Assembly: GCF_001194135.2 (NCBI RefSeq)
Contig: NC_068985.1
Location: 106,124,643 to 106,188,642, forward strand
Reading direction: 5' to 3'
Source: Octopus bimaculoides
Lineage: Eukaryota
DNA: 64,000 nt
The notes below the pieces were generated by a model. That model did not search any database. It saw only the letters and a program-made list of their open reading frames with translations, and was not told where the DNA came from. Both the position numbers and the translations under genes were made by a program. Below, in pieces: positions 14,548-26,638 of the stretch; the first letter of the stretch is position 1, and each line of letters begins with the position of its first letter.

Positions 14548-14747
14548 TTTATTATATCTGAATACCAGTTCCAGTAAAAATGAGCCGTGTGAAAATGCTT
14601 ACCTAGAATTCGACCCATTACCACACAAGAGATTCTGTGGTAATGGAGCGAACACTTACATATCTCAAAGGGACCACGTGATTGTACGATATGTTATTAA
14701 TGGCACTTGGCGACCAGGATATGGCTTTGTACTGGAATATATTACAG
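14548..14747 (+). CDS. LRP12: LRP12-like exon: C-terminal half of CUB domain
   Basis: cttccag acceptor, gtatgg donor. LLYLNTSSSKNEPCENAYLEFDPLPHKRFCGNGANTYISQRDHVIVRYVINGTWRPGYGFVLEYIT. Phase 2 to 1, joining the previous exon in frame. Confidence 0.88.
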
Positions 14748-15219
14748 GTATGGTATATTTTTGTCTTTCTATTTACCTTTCTATAACATCAAATTGGTAC
14801 ACCTTTATCCTTTATACTGGAGTATACACCATGGAGTTAAACCCAAGTCTGATAAATCTTTTCTTTTACAAGAGTAAAATTGAATCCAATACTTGATTGG
14901 TTATTTTGTCTATTGGAACAGATCAAATAACTAAGTCAGCTTCAGCATGATCTAACCCATTAGCACTTAAAGTAGCTATATCCTGCCCAAATATTCTTCT
15001 TGTTTTATGTTCTCACCAGCTAGATCCTGTTTTCCACACCTGCATTACAATGTCATTCTAAAGATAAACTATTACATCATCGAAGTATTGAAGGTCTGCG
15101 ATAATGCATGACTAATTCTAAACAATGTGAATAAATGGTATTACATGTGACTGAGAAATCTTAATACTAAAGGGTTAAACTGAAGAATGTTGGAACATGA
15201 AATTATATAATTGCAATTA

Positions 15220-16126
15220 TATGAAATCTGATTAATAAGTATCTGGACTGTTGCTATAGTAATGAAGCTAAAGCATGCAAAGTGAAGCTGCTTGGCACAG
15301 ATCAATCTTGAACCCTGTTGTGCATGTGCAATAAGGTTTAACATTCTAGCTCACTTCTGCTGTTTACAGCAGTTCTTGGAAGGAAGGTGTGTAGTGTGTG
15401 ATCATTGCATTGACCATGACAGAAAGTTGTCGTGGTGTTTCATGGTGATACCTGCTCAGAGGCCTATGCAAAGTTGCAGAAAGTGTGTGGAGAGGAGTGT
15501 ATGAGTCACACACAAGTGTACGAGTGGTTCAGACATTTCCAAGATGGCTGAAAAAATGTCAATATTGACGAATGTTCTGGAAGACCCACAGCCAGCAGAG
15601 CTGAGAAAAACATTGCAAATGTGCATGCTGCTATGAGGGGAAATCATTGAATCACCCTCCGTGAGTTATCAGAGGATGGGCAGATTAGTTACGGTTCAGT
15701 TCAGTCCATTATCACTGAAGATTTGGGTGTGAGACACGTGTCTGCCAAGTTTGTGCCAAAACTGCTTTCAGCTGACCAAAAAGACATTCGGGTTTCAGTT
15801 GCACAAGATCTTTTTGATTGTGTCAAGAACAATGAAAACTTTTTGAAAACTATGCTTAGGGCACTGAGCAGGTATTGCCAAGCTTTTGGCAAATTTTGAT
15901 GCAGATTCTCTGCTCATTTTTCTCTGTCATGGTCAATGTAACAATCACACACTACACACCTTCCTTCCAAGCACTGCTGTAAACAGCAGAAGTGAGCTAG
16001 AATGTTAAAACTTAGTGCGCATGCACAACAGCGTTCAAGGTCAATCTATGTCAAGCAGCTTCACTCTGCGTGCTTCAGCTTCATTACTAAGGTAACAATC
16101 TGGATACTTATTGATCAGACCACTTA
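15220..16126. mobile_element. Mariner-derived element with two 5' ends (long inverted arms) and decayed transposase N-terminus
   Basis: TA flanks and mariner-type termini (tctgatcaataagtatc). Internal + frame VCGEECMSHTQVYEWFRHFQDG*KNVNIDECSGRP...VSAKFVPKLLSADQK has two stops. 15859-16126 is an inverted copy of the left end. Confidence 0.85.
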
Positions 16127-16929
16127 TAATATTTGCAATTGCATGCAAGTTCAATCATGAACTATACAATGGCTGGGCATAATTTCACAGAAGATTGTAA
16201 ATGACCAACATTGCTTCTGTGATAGCAATTGTCATTTACAACTGGTGCATGATGCTAAGACAAGGAAACACGAACATGATCACACATAGAAGACAAGGTT
16301 CTTTCAGTTTCTGTCTTACCAAATCCACTCACAAGGCTTAGGTTGGCCCTGGGCTATAGCAGAAGATACTTGCTCAAGTTCCTGCATAGTGGGACTGAAC
16401 CCAGAGCCATGTAGTTGCCAAGTGTATTTGTTAACAAATATTCTCTTAGAATACACCTTGTACATACATACATACATACATACATACATACGTACGTACG
16501 TACGTACGTACGTACGTATGTATGTATGTATGTACGTACGTACGTACATGCATACATAAAACTTTCCAGAAGTTTATCATTTAAGTATATATGAGCATGT
16601 CTAGATATGCAGCTATATGCATGAGAATACATACATAAACCAAAACACACACATCTTCACATATACATGTATTCATGCATGCACATGCATGTGCACGCAC
16701 ACACACACACACACACTGATACAGATTTATATAATTCAAGAAGGAAAAATATATTAAAAGCTAATTAAAAAAAGAGCAAATTAAAACATAGAACCAATCC
16801 TGACTCTATTAGGGACCATATTCTCACTTGTTGCTAGTGAGGACTATTCCCACACTTGTTCTTTCTATTTTGTGCTACATTCCATTTTGTTGCCAGTGGT
16901 AGTTATCTTAATCTTTGATCTCATTTCAG

Positions 16930-17061
16930 GCCATGTTCCTGCACATCGACCGTGTGCTAGAGATGAATTCCGTTGCCAGAATGGGAAATGTATTTTAGGA
17001 AAATGGCGGTGTAACAACAAAGATGAATGTGGTGATGGTAGTGATGAAAAAGGTTGCCGAG
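16930..17061 (+). CDS. LRP12: LRP12-like exon: LDLa repeat 1
   Basis: atttcag / gtaagt. [35 protein letters not shown] has six Cys and the DxSDE acidic motif. 132 nt, phase 1-1. Confidence 0.93.
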
Positions 17062-17369
17062 GTAAGTAGTATGGCAACCTAAAGGCTGTGTAATAAGTTA
17101 CATTTAGATTAGACACTAGGTCACTCTACCTATAAAGAGGACTTGTATGGTATGTTCTTTAGGTTTTTATACCTGATTTACAAAATTTTTCTTCAAATAT
17201 GATTGCTTTAGAAATTCTTGATAATGATGTCTTTTTTCAAGATATAACATAAAGACCCCTTTGTTGTAATGCTGCATTGTTGTTATAAGTCAATAGTTGT
17301 AACACTGAAGCTGTTACAGTTTCTTGTAACTCTGCATTGCTGTATTACAACATTCTTTTGAAACACTAC

Positions 17370-17630
17370 AGCTGTTAGTCCCCTGGACTGTTACCATATC
17401 CCTGTACCATGAACATACTCCTATTACAGTTACCTATTGTAGGGCCACACTCCTGTTATAGTCCCCTACACCAAGTTTACACTGCTGTTACTGTCCCTGT
17501 GCCAAGGTCACACTCTCCTTTCAGTCACTTGTACCAGGAATATGTCCTACAACCACACTCCTGTTACAGTTCTTATGCCAAGATCACTCTTACTGTCGCC
17601 CATACTCCTGCTATAGTCACCTGTATCCAA
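17370..17630. repeat. Degenerate ~30-bp minisatellite
   Basis: Recurrent cacactcctgttacagtcccctgtaccaag. Confidence 0.55.
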
Positions 17631-19123
17631 AACACAAAGTATAATGAACCAAAGAAACAATCAGTAAAAAAACATATCCTATTCTCAACTCTGCTTTATT
17701 TAAAAATTTTTATGTCAGTTTTTTTTTTTATGTGTTTTCTATTTTCGCTTTCATATTATTTTCATTTTCTCCCTACTTTTATTTACCTCAGTTGCCTGTA
17801 ATGTTTTCTCTGCAGGTTTAACAGTTATCTTTGAAACCACGACTTGCTATGTTCCAAAAATCATTTAGTTGAAACAGGAAACCTTAGAAATTTAGATAGA
17901 AATTTTTGGTTCCATTTCCCTACAAATGTAGATCTGTTGGGGTTCATAATATAAATATCAATTATTTATTAGGATTTCTTTATTAAACTAAATTCCTGCC
18001 TCTAATTCAATAAGCATGCACCAAGTCAAAAGAAGTAGGTGTTTCTTATATTTTTGGTTTGCATGTTGAAAATACTTCATGGTAATTCACTGATGACTCA
18101 ACTCACTAGATTTAGTTCAGCTCTGATTACCTGTTTTCAGTATATTATTAATACACATTTTACCAACCCACTGGAATTGAAAGTAGTTGAATTCAAAATT
18201 GTAAACTTTCAAATACTTCTCTGAATATACAGACTAAGTAACCAGTGTTTTCCATGACTGACATTGTGCTTTGTTTTTATTCTAAATTCTGGAGCTTCGT
18301 GTTAAGAAGCCTTACTTTTATGAGCATAATCCCATTTAATCATGTCAGCTAGTGTTGGCATGAATAAATAATGTTTGAAGCATGCTACAACATCAGAAAC
18401 GAACTCCATAAAGATTTGATTTTCTATATTGGCAGGTTTGGCAACGTCTATAGAAGAGAACTTCTAAAAATTAGGACTTGATATATGTTGTCACATTATT
18501 CAAAATTATCAGAATATCTCTTTGAGTGAGGGACTGTCATTGTAGTGGAGACCCAGTCAACACTTACTCTACTTTGGAAGATCTGGGTGAGAGATGTAGC
18601 TAATCAAATAGGTATTTTACTGGTATTCTCGTTAGGGCTGGCCTATATTTGTGGTGCTTGCTGTGCTTGAAATATGATATCCTTTCCAAAGACAACTTAT
18701 TGAATTGGATTTAGCTGTTATATTGAGTAAATCAAGAGCCTAAATAGATAAGTTCCTCTAATGGTTCATGCAGATACCATTCTAAAGAAAGAAATAAGTT
18801 TGTTGATGAAAATTTAGCTGTCTACATAGAAGTTCTCTTCCTGGTTCAAGCTTGACAGAAGTTCTGGTTGTTGTATTAGCTTGTCATGTGACCATTTGAC
18901 ATTTGCTCCCAATACCTTATTAGAAAGCTCTTCCAATAGCTGCTTTAGTTAACACATCACATGATTAACATAAAAGCTCTCCACTGGCTACTGTAATTAA
19001 CAGGTGAAGCAACTAAAGTAGAAGCATTCCTGTAGACACAACCTTGCTACAGCTTAGCTGAGTTGCTTCCATTAGCTACAAGTGTCACTGTATTGATTGT
19101 TAATTCTGCCTTCTGCCTTCTAG

Positions 19124-19279
19124 AGATAAACACCACCCCACCACGGATATTGCTGTGTAATCCCGAGTTAAGATGTCGATCTTGGAAAACCTTCAAAGTG
19201 ATATGTCTTCATCGATCTCAAATATGCGATGGTGTTCATGATTGCGTAGACATGACTGATGAGAAAAACTGTGCCATGG
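19124..19279 (+). CDS. LRP12: LRP12-like exon: LDLa repeat 2
   Basis: ccttctag acceptor, weak gtatat donor. CNPELRCRSWKTFKVICLHRSQICDGVHDCVDMTDEKNC has the insertion typical of LRP12 LDLa2. 156 nt, phase 1-1. Confidence 0.88.
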
Positions 19280-19400
19280 GTATATTTTATTCTCCTCACT
19301 TTCTACTTTCTCTCCTCCACTGCCTCTCACTCTCTTCTTCACATATCCTTCCCTCTACAATTCTTTTGCATTTAAGTAGAAGGATTTGCACAGAGCCACA

Positions 19401-19645
19401 GCTGGATCATGCTTGTAATTGAGGTTGGTTCATGTCAGTAGCAGGAGTTGGCTCGCATTAATAGTAAGAGCTGGGTCGTATCAGTAGCAAGGCTTGAGCT
19501 CATCAATAGCAAGGGCTGGATAATATTGATAGCAAGAGCTAGATCATATTGATAGCAGGGGCTGGATCGCATCAATAACATGGGTTGGGTCCTCTCAATA
19601 GCAGAGGCTGGGTCACATCATTAACATGGACTGGCTTGTGTCAGT
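19401..19645. repeat. 23-bp minisatellite, about 10 units
   Basis: Consensus approximately ctggatcatatcaatagcaagag. Confidence 0.75.
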
Positions 19646-19899
19646 TGTTTCAGGCTTGGCTTCTGGGAGAAATCTTTCAAAGCAGAACAAGGTTGCCTTT
19701 GATCTTACATGGAAGGGCATGGGTCCTTCAAATTCATGGGTTTCCTTCTTGGATCCCCAGGCCCAGGACCACTGTCTCAACTGAACCCCACTTGCTTCTC
19801 ATAGGCCCTGAAGCAGTTTGAGAGTAATAGTACTAGTCCACAAGAGGAAACTAGTCATGGTGATATATAGTATTCATAACAGAAGCCTTCCAGTCTTAA

Positions 19900-20089
19900 C
19901 CCTTTTATTACCAAATTTCTATTGAAATGTACTGACTTTGTTTCAATTAATTTTGAAAATAATGAAAAATTTAGTAAAAGAACTTTCTCATTATAAAGCT
20001 GGTATCTAAAACAAATTAACATGAAATTTTACTGGGAGTCTTTGTATCATAGGACTAAGAACAGTCTCATGCAACTGATGCTAAAAGGG
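19900..20089. mobile_element. piggyBac-like MITE, second internal type
   Basis: TTAA|ccctttt ... aaaaggg|TTAA, with TTAA at 19896-19899 and 20090-20093. The interior differs from the 10205 family. Confidence 0.65.
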
Positions 20090-20226
20090 TTAATAACTCA
20101 CTTCACCTGACTATAAATCAATGGTTCCAAAATGGTAAAACTGTGGTGGACTGTAAAATAAGTGTGTGTGTGTGTGTGTACGCCATGGTTTTAGATTTAA
20201 CTTAAATACACAAGTTTGATTTCTTC

Positions 20227-20265
<39 letters not shown>

Positions 20266-20494
20266 TTAATAATAAGGCAGAATCATTAGTAAGCTGGATG
20301 AAATGCTTAGCAGTATTTCGTCTGTCGCTACGTTCTGAGTTCAAATTCTGCTGACTTTGCCTTTCATCCTTTTGGAAATGAGTAAATAAGTACCAATGAT
20401 GCACTGGGGTTGATGTAATCAACTTAACCCCTTGCCCCAAATTTCAGGCCTTGTGCCTACTGTAGAAAGGATTATTATTTTTATTATTATTTAA

Positions 20495-21045
20495 GATGTC
20501 ACACAGCATCCAATATCCTGATGTTGTTGATTGAAGATATTGTGTGTACCGGGGGGGGTTGTACTGTCTGTCAAGTCACAACAAGGACCTCAGACTGACA
20601 GTACTTTACACAGTACATGTGCAGTTCCAATTTTTGAAATACACCTAGATTGTAGGGTATTTCTAAAGTTTCCAGCTGTTTTTTCAGGTTGGGTGGTATT
20701 GAACCCAATACTCCGATGACAATATGGACAACCTTCATGTTTGACTCCCGTAGCTGCCACATCTTAGCGATCTCAATTCTCAGGTCTCCATATTTATCAA
20801 TCTTTTCCCTTTCTTTCATGATAACATGTTGATCTCCCGGCACTGCCACGTCGATTATTAGGCACTCTTGTTTGTCCCTCCCAAAGGTTACTATATCTGG
20901 CCTTCGGTGCTCTAACACCTTGTCTGTCTTGAAGTCAAAGTCCCAGAGGATTTTTGCCTTCCCCTTTTCATCCATTACATTTTCTGGTGTATTTTGGTAC
21001 CAAGCACTCGTTACCTCATATCCATATTCTCGGCACAGTAGCCAG
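20495..21045 (-). mobile_element. R4/Dong-like non-LTR retrotransposon 3' fragment (restriction-like endonuclease domain)
   Basis: ILWDFDFKTDKVLEHRRPDIV...LIIDVAVP...EKIDKYGDL is the PD..D..K..KY RLE motif. The 3' end runs into (TAA)n. Confidence 0.85.
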
Positions 21046-22250
21046 TGAAGGTTTTAGGCTACCTTGTCCTATCTGCGCTTGTACTCTTTCTATGCAAGAA
21101 TACCTTCACAAGCACTAGCAATTATTATTATTATTATCTAGTAGTATTTTCGTATTGCATGCTTTCACTGCACTATCAAGTGCAGCTCTGTATACCTTCG
21201 GTATGTGCATTGTTTTGTTTGGGTTTTGTTTTTTTTCATTTATATTGAAAATATCTGTAAGCTATTTTCTGTATATGCCTTTTGTATAGTTTTTGATTTG
21301 CATGCCCTTTTTTCTTTTCATCATAATAGATTCTACACAAACAAATATTTACCATGTAAAAACCTTCCCTTATAATGTCCCATCTGTTTGTTGCTTTGTG
21401 GCAAATTAAACAATGTAGTTATTTTGATGCTATGGTAAGAAGCTTGCTTCTCAACCACATGATTCTGGGTTCAACCCCACTGCATGGCAGCTTGGGCAAA
21501 TATCTTGCACAATAGTTCCAGGTTTGTTAAAGTCATGTGAGTGGATTTGTTTGAGGGAAAATGAAAGAAACCTGTCATATATATATGTATGTGTGAGCTC
21601 TTTACGTTCTGAATTTCAATTCTGCTGTGGTGGATTTTTGCCTTTCACCCTTTCAGGATTGATAATACCAGTTAAGTACAGGGTTGATGTAATTGACTTA
21701 CTCACTCCTTAAAATTGCTGGCCTTGTGCCAAAATTTGAAGCCATTTAAAAATCCTATTAAGGTCAACTTTGCCTTTTGTCTTTTCAGGGTTGACAAAAT
21801 AAGTACCAGTCTAGCACGGGGATTGATGCTTAGTGATATTTTGCCCATCTTTATGTTCTTGGTCAAAATTCCTCTGCAATCAACTTTACCCTTCATCCTT
21901 TCAAATCAGTGATATGAGGTTGACCTTGCCTCTCATCCTTTCAGAGTTGATAAATTAAGTTCCAGTTGAGCACTAGGGTCAGTGTAATCAACTTACCTCC
22001 TCCTCTGAAATTACTGGTGCCAACATTTGAAATCACTATTATTACTATTTTATCCCTCATGCAACACCTCACCTTCGAACTTTATGACCACCCTAACTAC
22101 CCTTCACTTGGTGCATTCACCTATTTATCTGTATTTTGTCACTTCCACTATACCCTATCTTCCAGCCTGAACACTGTTTACTTTCCTACTTTACATAATA
22201 TATTAACTTCCCACTAAACCAGAATTTTTAATATTCCGAGATTATTTTAA

Positions 22251-22454
22251 CCCTTTAGCATTCAAATTACTCTGTTAAATGTAATGTTTATTTATTCACA
22301 TTATTTTGAATTGATTATGTATTACCTTGTAGCTTTGAAATTTGAGTGATGTGACTGTTTGTTTTAGAGTGACAATGTAGGGTAGGTGTGAGATGTTGAA
22401 CATTAAGCAGATTGAATACTTGTGCCAGATATGGCTGGGTTAAATGCTAAAGTG
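22251..22454. mobile_element. piggyBac-like MITE with TTAA target-site duplication
   Basis: TTAA at 22247-22250 and 22455-22458 flank ccctttagcatt...aatgctaaagtg. Confidence 0.75.
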
Positions 22455-22894
22455 TTAAGTTGGTTTTGTAATTCTGATATAAAGTTTCTAAAGATTGTAG
22501 GCAGCCTTTCAGAAGATAGAGCCCACCTAACATAAATTTTGTGACCATAGTTTCCTCCTTTCATTAACACAAATAAATGAAAGCCTTAAATTTATAATGG
22601 AAAGGAACAATAGATTTTTATGTATTGAACTCCTCAAACAACTGGAACTCTTAAGCAACTGGTACTCAGAAACAAATAAAAAAATGTATCATTAATTAGA
22701 GCTAGGAGAAATTATGCTAATTTGTGTTATTTAACTATTATTAAGAGAAAGTTTCTGCTGTATCTAAAATGAATCATTGCTTCTCAAAGATCAGTGCAGT
22801 ATTTTATTTTACTGCATCTGTATTTTATTAGGTTAATAGAATTTGCTGCTCTCTCTCCTTTGTCCAGTATTCAGAATATTAATGATAATACTTA

Positions 22895-22935
<41 letters not shown>

Positions 22936-23019
22936 AAGATTACTAAGATTACTAGCACATTAAATAAAACCAAAGTAGATTTTAAAAAGTTTTATAAAAT
23001 CAAATTTTATATATGTGTA

Positions 23020-23049
<30 letters not shown>

Positions 23050-23059
<10 letters not shown>

Positions 23060-23625
23060 ACGGGAGGCAAGGACTGAGACCAAGCCCCTTTTGAATGTTG
23101 GGCCTCACAGAGGCAATGACTGAGACCTTTGGCATTATGTTGTGCTTGAGAAGAAGACCCATCAAGCTAAGTAAAATCGTAGTCGTGGCAGATACTGGTG
23201 TTACGCAAATGGCACCCGTGCTGATGGCATGTAAAAGTACCTTTCAAGCATTGGGCCTCATGGAGGTAAGGACCAAGACCATTTGGCATTATGCTGGGCT
23301 TCGAGCATTGGGCCTCATGGAGGCAATGACCAAGTCTCTTTGGCATTATGCTGTGCTCGAGAAGAAGATCCATGAAGCTAAGTAAAACCACAGTCATGGT
23401 AGATACCGATGTCACACAAATGGCACCCATGCCAGTGGCATGTAAAAGCACCCATTACACTCTCAGAGTGGTTGGCATTAGGAAGGGCATCCAGCCGTAG
23501 AAACCATGCCAAAACAGACTAGTGTCTGATGCAGACTTCCAGCTTGTCAGTCCTGGTTAAACTATCCAACCCATGCCAGCATGGACAACAGATGTTAAAT
23601 GATGATGATGATGATGACGATGATG
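23050..23625 (+). mobile_element. RTE LINE 3' end with internally duplicated ORF terminus
   Basis: LGLTEAMT...AK* block repeated, followed by the family 3' UTR and (GAT)n tail. Confidence 0.8.
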
Positions 23626-24529
23626 TTATATATATTTATACATTTCCAAAAATGAGTTTAAAGAGATGTATAATCCTGGAAGTTACCATGTTTCTTCTTA
23701 AATTGGTTTCAGATGCTGGCTAACCACAATGGTCCTTCAGTGATACCTGAGTTAACAATTAGTTGTTAGACTCTGGTAGCTATTTATTTTGTTCCACTCA
23801 CACTGAAAAGTTTAGATTTTTCTTTTTGTTTTTATTTTCTACTGTTATATTGGTTCCTTATTATGCACTAGCAACGTTTAGTTACATTTGCCATGCAGGT
23901 GTAGCTATAGTTAGAGGTGTGACTGTGTGGTTATTAAGTTTTCTTCCCAACCACATCGTTTTGGGTTTAAATCCATTGTATGGCACCTTGGGCAAATGTC
24001 TTCTACTGTAGCCCTGGACTAACCAAAGCCTTGTGATTTGGTAGATAGAGACTGAGAAAAGCCTGTCATTTATGTACATGTATGTAAGTATGTGTATGTT
24101 TGTGTGAGAGTGTTTGTATCTCCTTGTCTTGACATTGCATGAATGTTTCCATCTACATGTTATTCATTTCCAGTATTATACGAAATCATGTCTAGCTATG
24201 GGTAAATATTACCTTACTAGGATACATGTAAAGGTTTTAATCCCTATTGTTCACTAATAAACGCACTGACGCAATATCAGCACTCCTGCTTTATGTTGTT
24301 CAGCAGATTTTCTTTTGTGTGTCTAGTCTTTCAGGTGATACATTGACCAACAGACACATTTATCACTCTGCCTTATCTGTCTATAATCTCGTGTCATAGA
24401 AAGAACACAGCTACCAACATTACGGTTTGATATGTTGCTGTTGTTTATTATTACAAATCAAAAGTAATAGCTTTGATACTGAGATAACAACCAGTATTTT
24501 GCAATTGATAGTATTATTGTTATTTTCAG

Positions 24530-24646
24530 GCTGTTACCCTGGTCACACACCTTGTGGTTTTGGAGAAAATGCTTGTTATTCACCACACCAACAGTGTGAT
24601 GGTGTGTGGAATTGTAAGAAACATGGTGGTGATGAAAGAGGCTGTG
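24530..24646 (+). CDS. LRP12: LRP12-like exon: LDLa repeat 3
   Basis: ttttcag / gtaagt. CYPGHTPCGFGENACYSPHQQCDGVWNCKKHGGDERGC. 117 nt, phase 1-1. Confidence 0.9.
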
Positions 24647-25497
24647 GTAAGTCTGTTGTCTATTGCTGTACACTTTGTATGTACTTGTATGGGTATAAAG
24701 TAAATATGTATGTTTAGTTGTTCTATAAGGTGTATATATTTCTGTGTAGAGTACATATATATTTTTTACCTCTATCCAAGGTCTAAATAAGGATAAATCA
24801 TTAATTCTCTATGCTCCAGTTCATCTAACTGAATAAAAAGTAGGTCTCACTCTCTTCCTCAAGCTTGAGTGGTTTGTGATAGGAAGGACATATCTAAAAA
24901 CACTTATGCCAACAAATCATAGTAATGCATGTCAGGAAAAATTCATGCAAACTAACTAAAAAGAGAAAATAAATTTGCTTCTGAGAAGCTTTAGCAGTTT
25001 GCCATTAATATCACTTGTATCTATTTTGATTTTAATGATGATGATGATGATGATGATGATTCATATAAAAAAGAAGAGTAATAAAATGAAACATCTTTTT
25101 TAGGTCGCCATTTTATGCTAGTCTTTTATGTTAGTTCTATATGTATCACTAAAGAACCATAACATTCAGTTTGAATCCCTAACTCCTCAACGGAATTTAG
25201 TGATTCAGGGTCTCTTGCTGAAGTGGGTTTAAAAACGCCGGTCCTAAATGTATGACTTGATAAAAAGAAACAGAGGCTTCCGTTGTCAAGCAGCTATTAA
25301 CAGGGGATTGTCTGCAAGTTTAGATTTTGTGTGGTATTACAGTGGATGTGTTGGAGTACAATGGCAGTTGATCTAGTGGTGGTTGACTATTATATTAATG
25401 ATGGATATAATGGTAGTGTAGTAGATGTGGTGTGAATGATGTCCAGTTCTGGTATAGTGGATTTAGTGATATTACAGTGGATACATGACGGTATTGA

Positions 25498-25845
25498 AAG
25501 CGCATGGCCCAGTGTTTAGAGTGCTGGGCTCACAATCATGAAATAGTGAATTCAATTCCTAGACTGGGTTGTGTATTGTGTTCTCGAGAAAGACACTTCA
25601 TTTTACGTTGCTCCAGTTCACTCAGCTGTAGAAATGAGTTGTGATGTCATTGGTGCCAAGCTGTATCGGCCTTTGACTTTTCATTGGATAAGAACGTTGG
25701 TGTAGAGAGGGGAGGCTGGTATGCCTGGGCAATTGCTGATCTTCCATTAACAACCTTGCTTGGACTTGTGCTTCAGGGGGGAACTATATATTCAATCTAT
25801 ATGCAATCCCATGGTCATTCATGGTCAAAGGGGGGTCTTTTACAT
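25498..25845 (+). mobile_element. tRNA-derived SINE
   Basis: A-box-like tggcccagtg head, B-box-like gaattcaattcc, then core gaaagacactt...ctccagttcactcagctg. Related partial copies near 10850, 47700 and 54010. Confidence 0.65.
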
Positions 25846-26521
25846 GATGGTAAAGCTAGTGATAATATAGTAAATGTATGATATATGAATTTGGTGGCAG
25901 TTTCATGGACATATGAATAATGGATATAGTGTTATTATAATGGAAGACATTTAGGTAACTGACATATTGTAAGTTATAAAAAAGTTTTCCTTGTGTGTTT
26001 AAGGCAGACTGTAGGAGATGGTGTGCTGGGTAATATTGAAATTTGGACTTATGAATGTAGAATGTCTACTGTTGGTTATGTAATGTTAATTTATGTGCAA
26101 AGTTGAGTAGACATGGGTTGAGAAATCTGGTTGCGTACCAGAAGGAGCTGGCAAATGCATGACTAGCTGTGCTAGAATAGCCATGGGAATGGTTGATACA
26201 AGAGGTGGGGAAACTGTTGTTGTCATTTGTTGGAAGGATGTATATTGAGCAGAGGTAATTAATGATTAAATTGATTAACTGGTCAGGGGATGGGGGAGGT
26301 TAGTTCATTTGTGAGGAGATTGAGGACCTAGTTGCTGGGAGAGATGCTAGATAGCTGAACTATCCCAACCTATACTGATACCGAAAAAAAGATGTACCTA
26401 AAATGATTATAATGATGATGATAGTAGTGGTGGTGGTGGTGTTGATGATGATGATGATGAACCTATACTTAAATGTAGATGTATCTAGAATATTATTTTG
26501 TTCTTCCCCGCTCCGTTATAG

Positions 26522-26638
26522 ATGCTTGTTCTTTCAATACATTCTCTTGTGGCACATCAACCAGTCTGTGTTACACTGATGAAGAGAGGTGTGATGGAGT
26601 CAGCCGATGTTCCAATGCTGCAGATGAACTGAGATGTA
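26522..26638 (+). CDS. LRP12: LRP12-like exon: LDLa repeat 4
   Basis: gttatag / gtaagt. CSFNTFSCGTSTSLCYTDEERCDGVSRCSNAADELRC. 117 nt, phase 1-1. Confidence 0.9.

Noticed and set aside
18450-19000. Possible very old LINE remnant (LIYLGS-like) on the minus strand; similar skewed sequence at 4200-6500 and 7500-8100
   Set aside because: Too degraded to assign boundaries or family without an HMM search.
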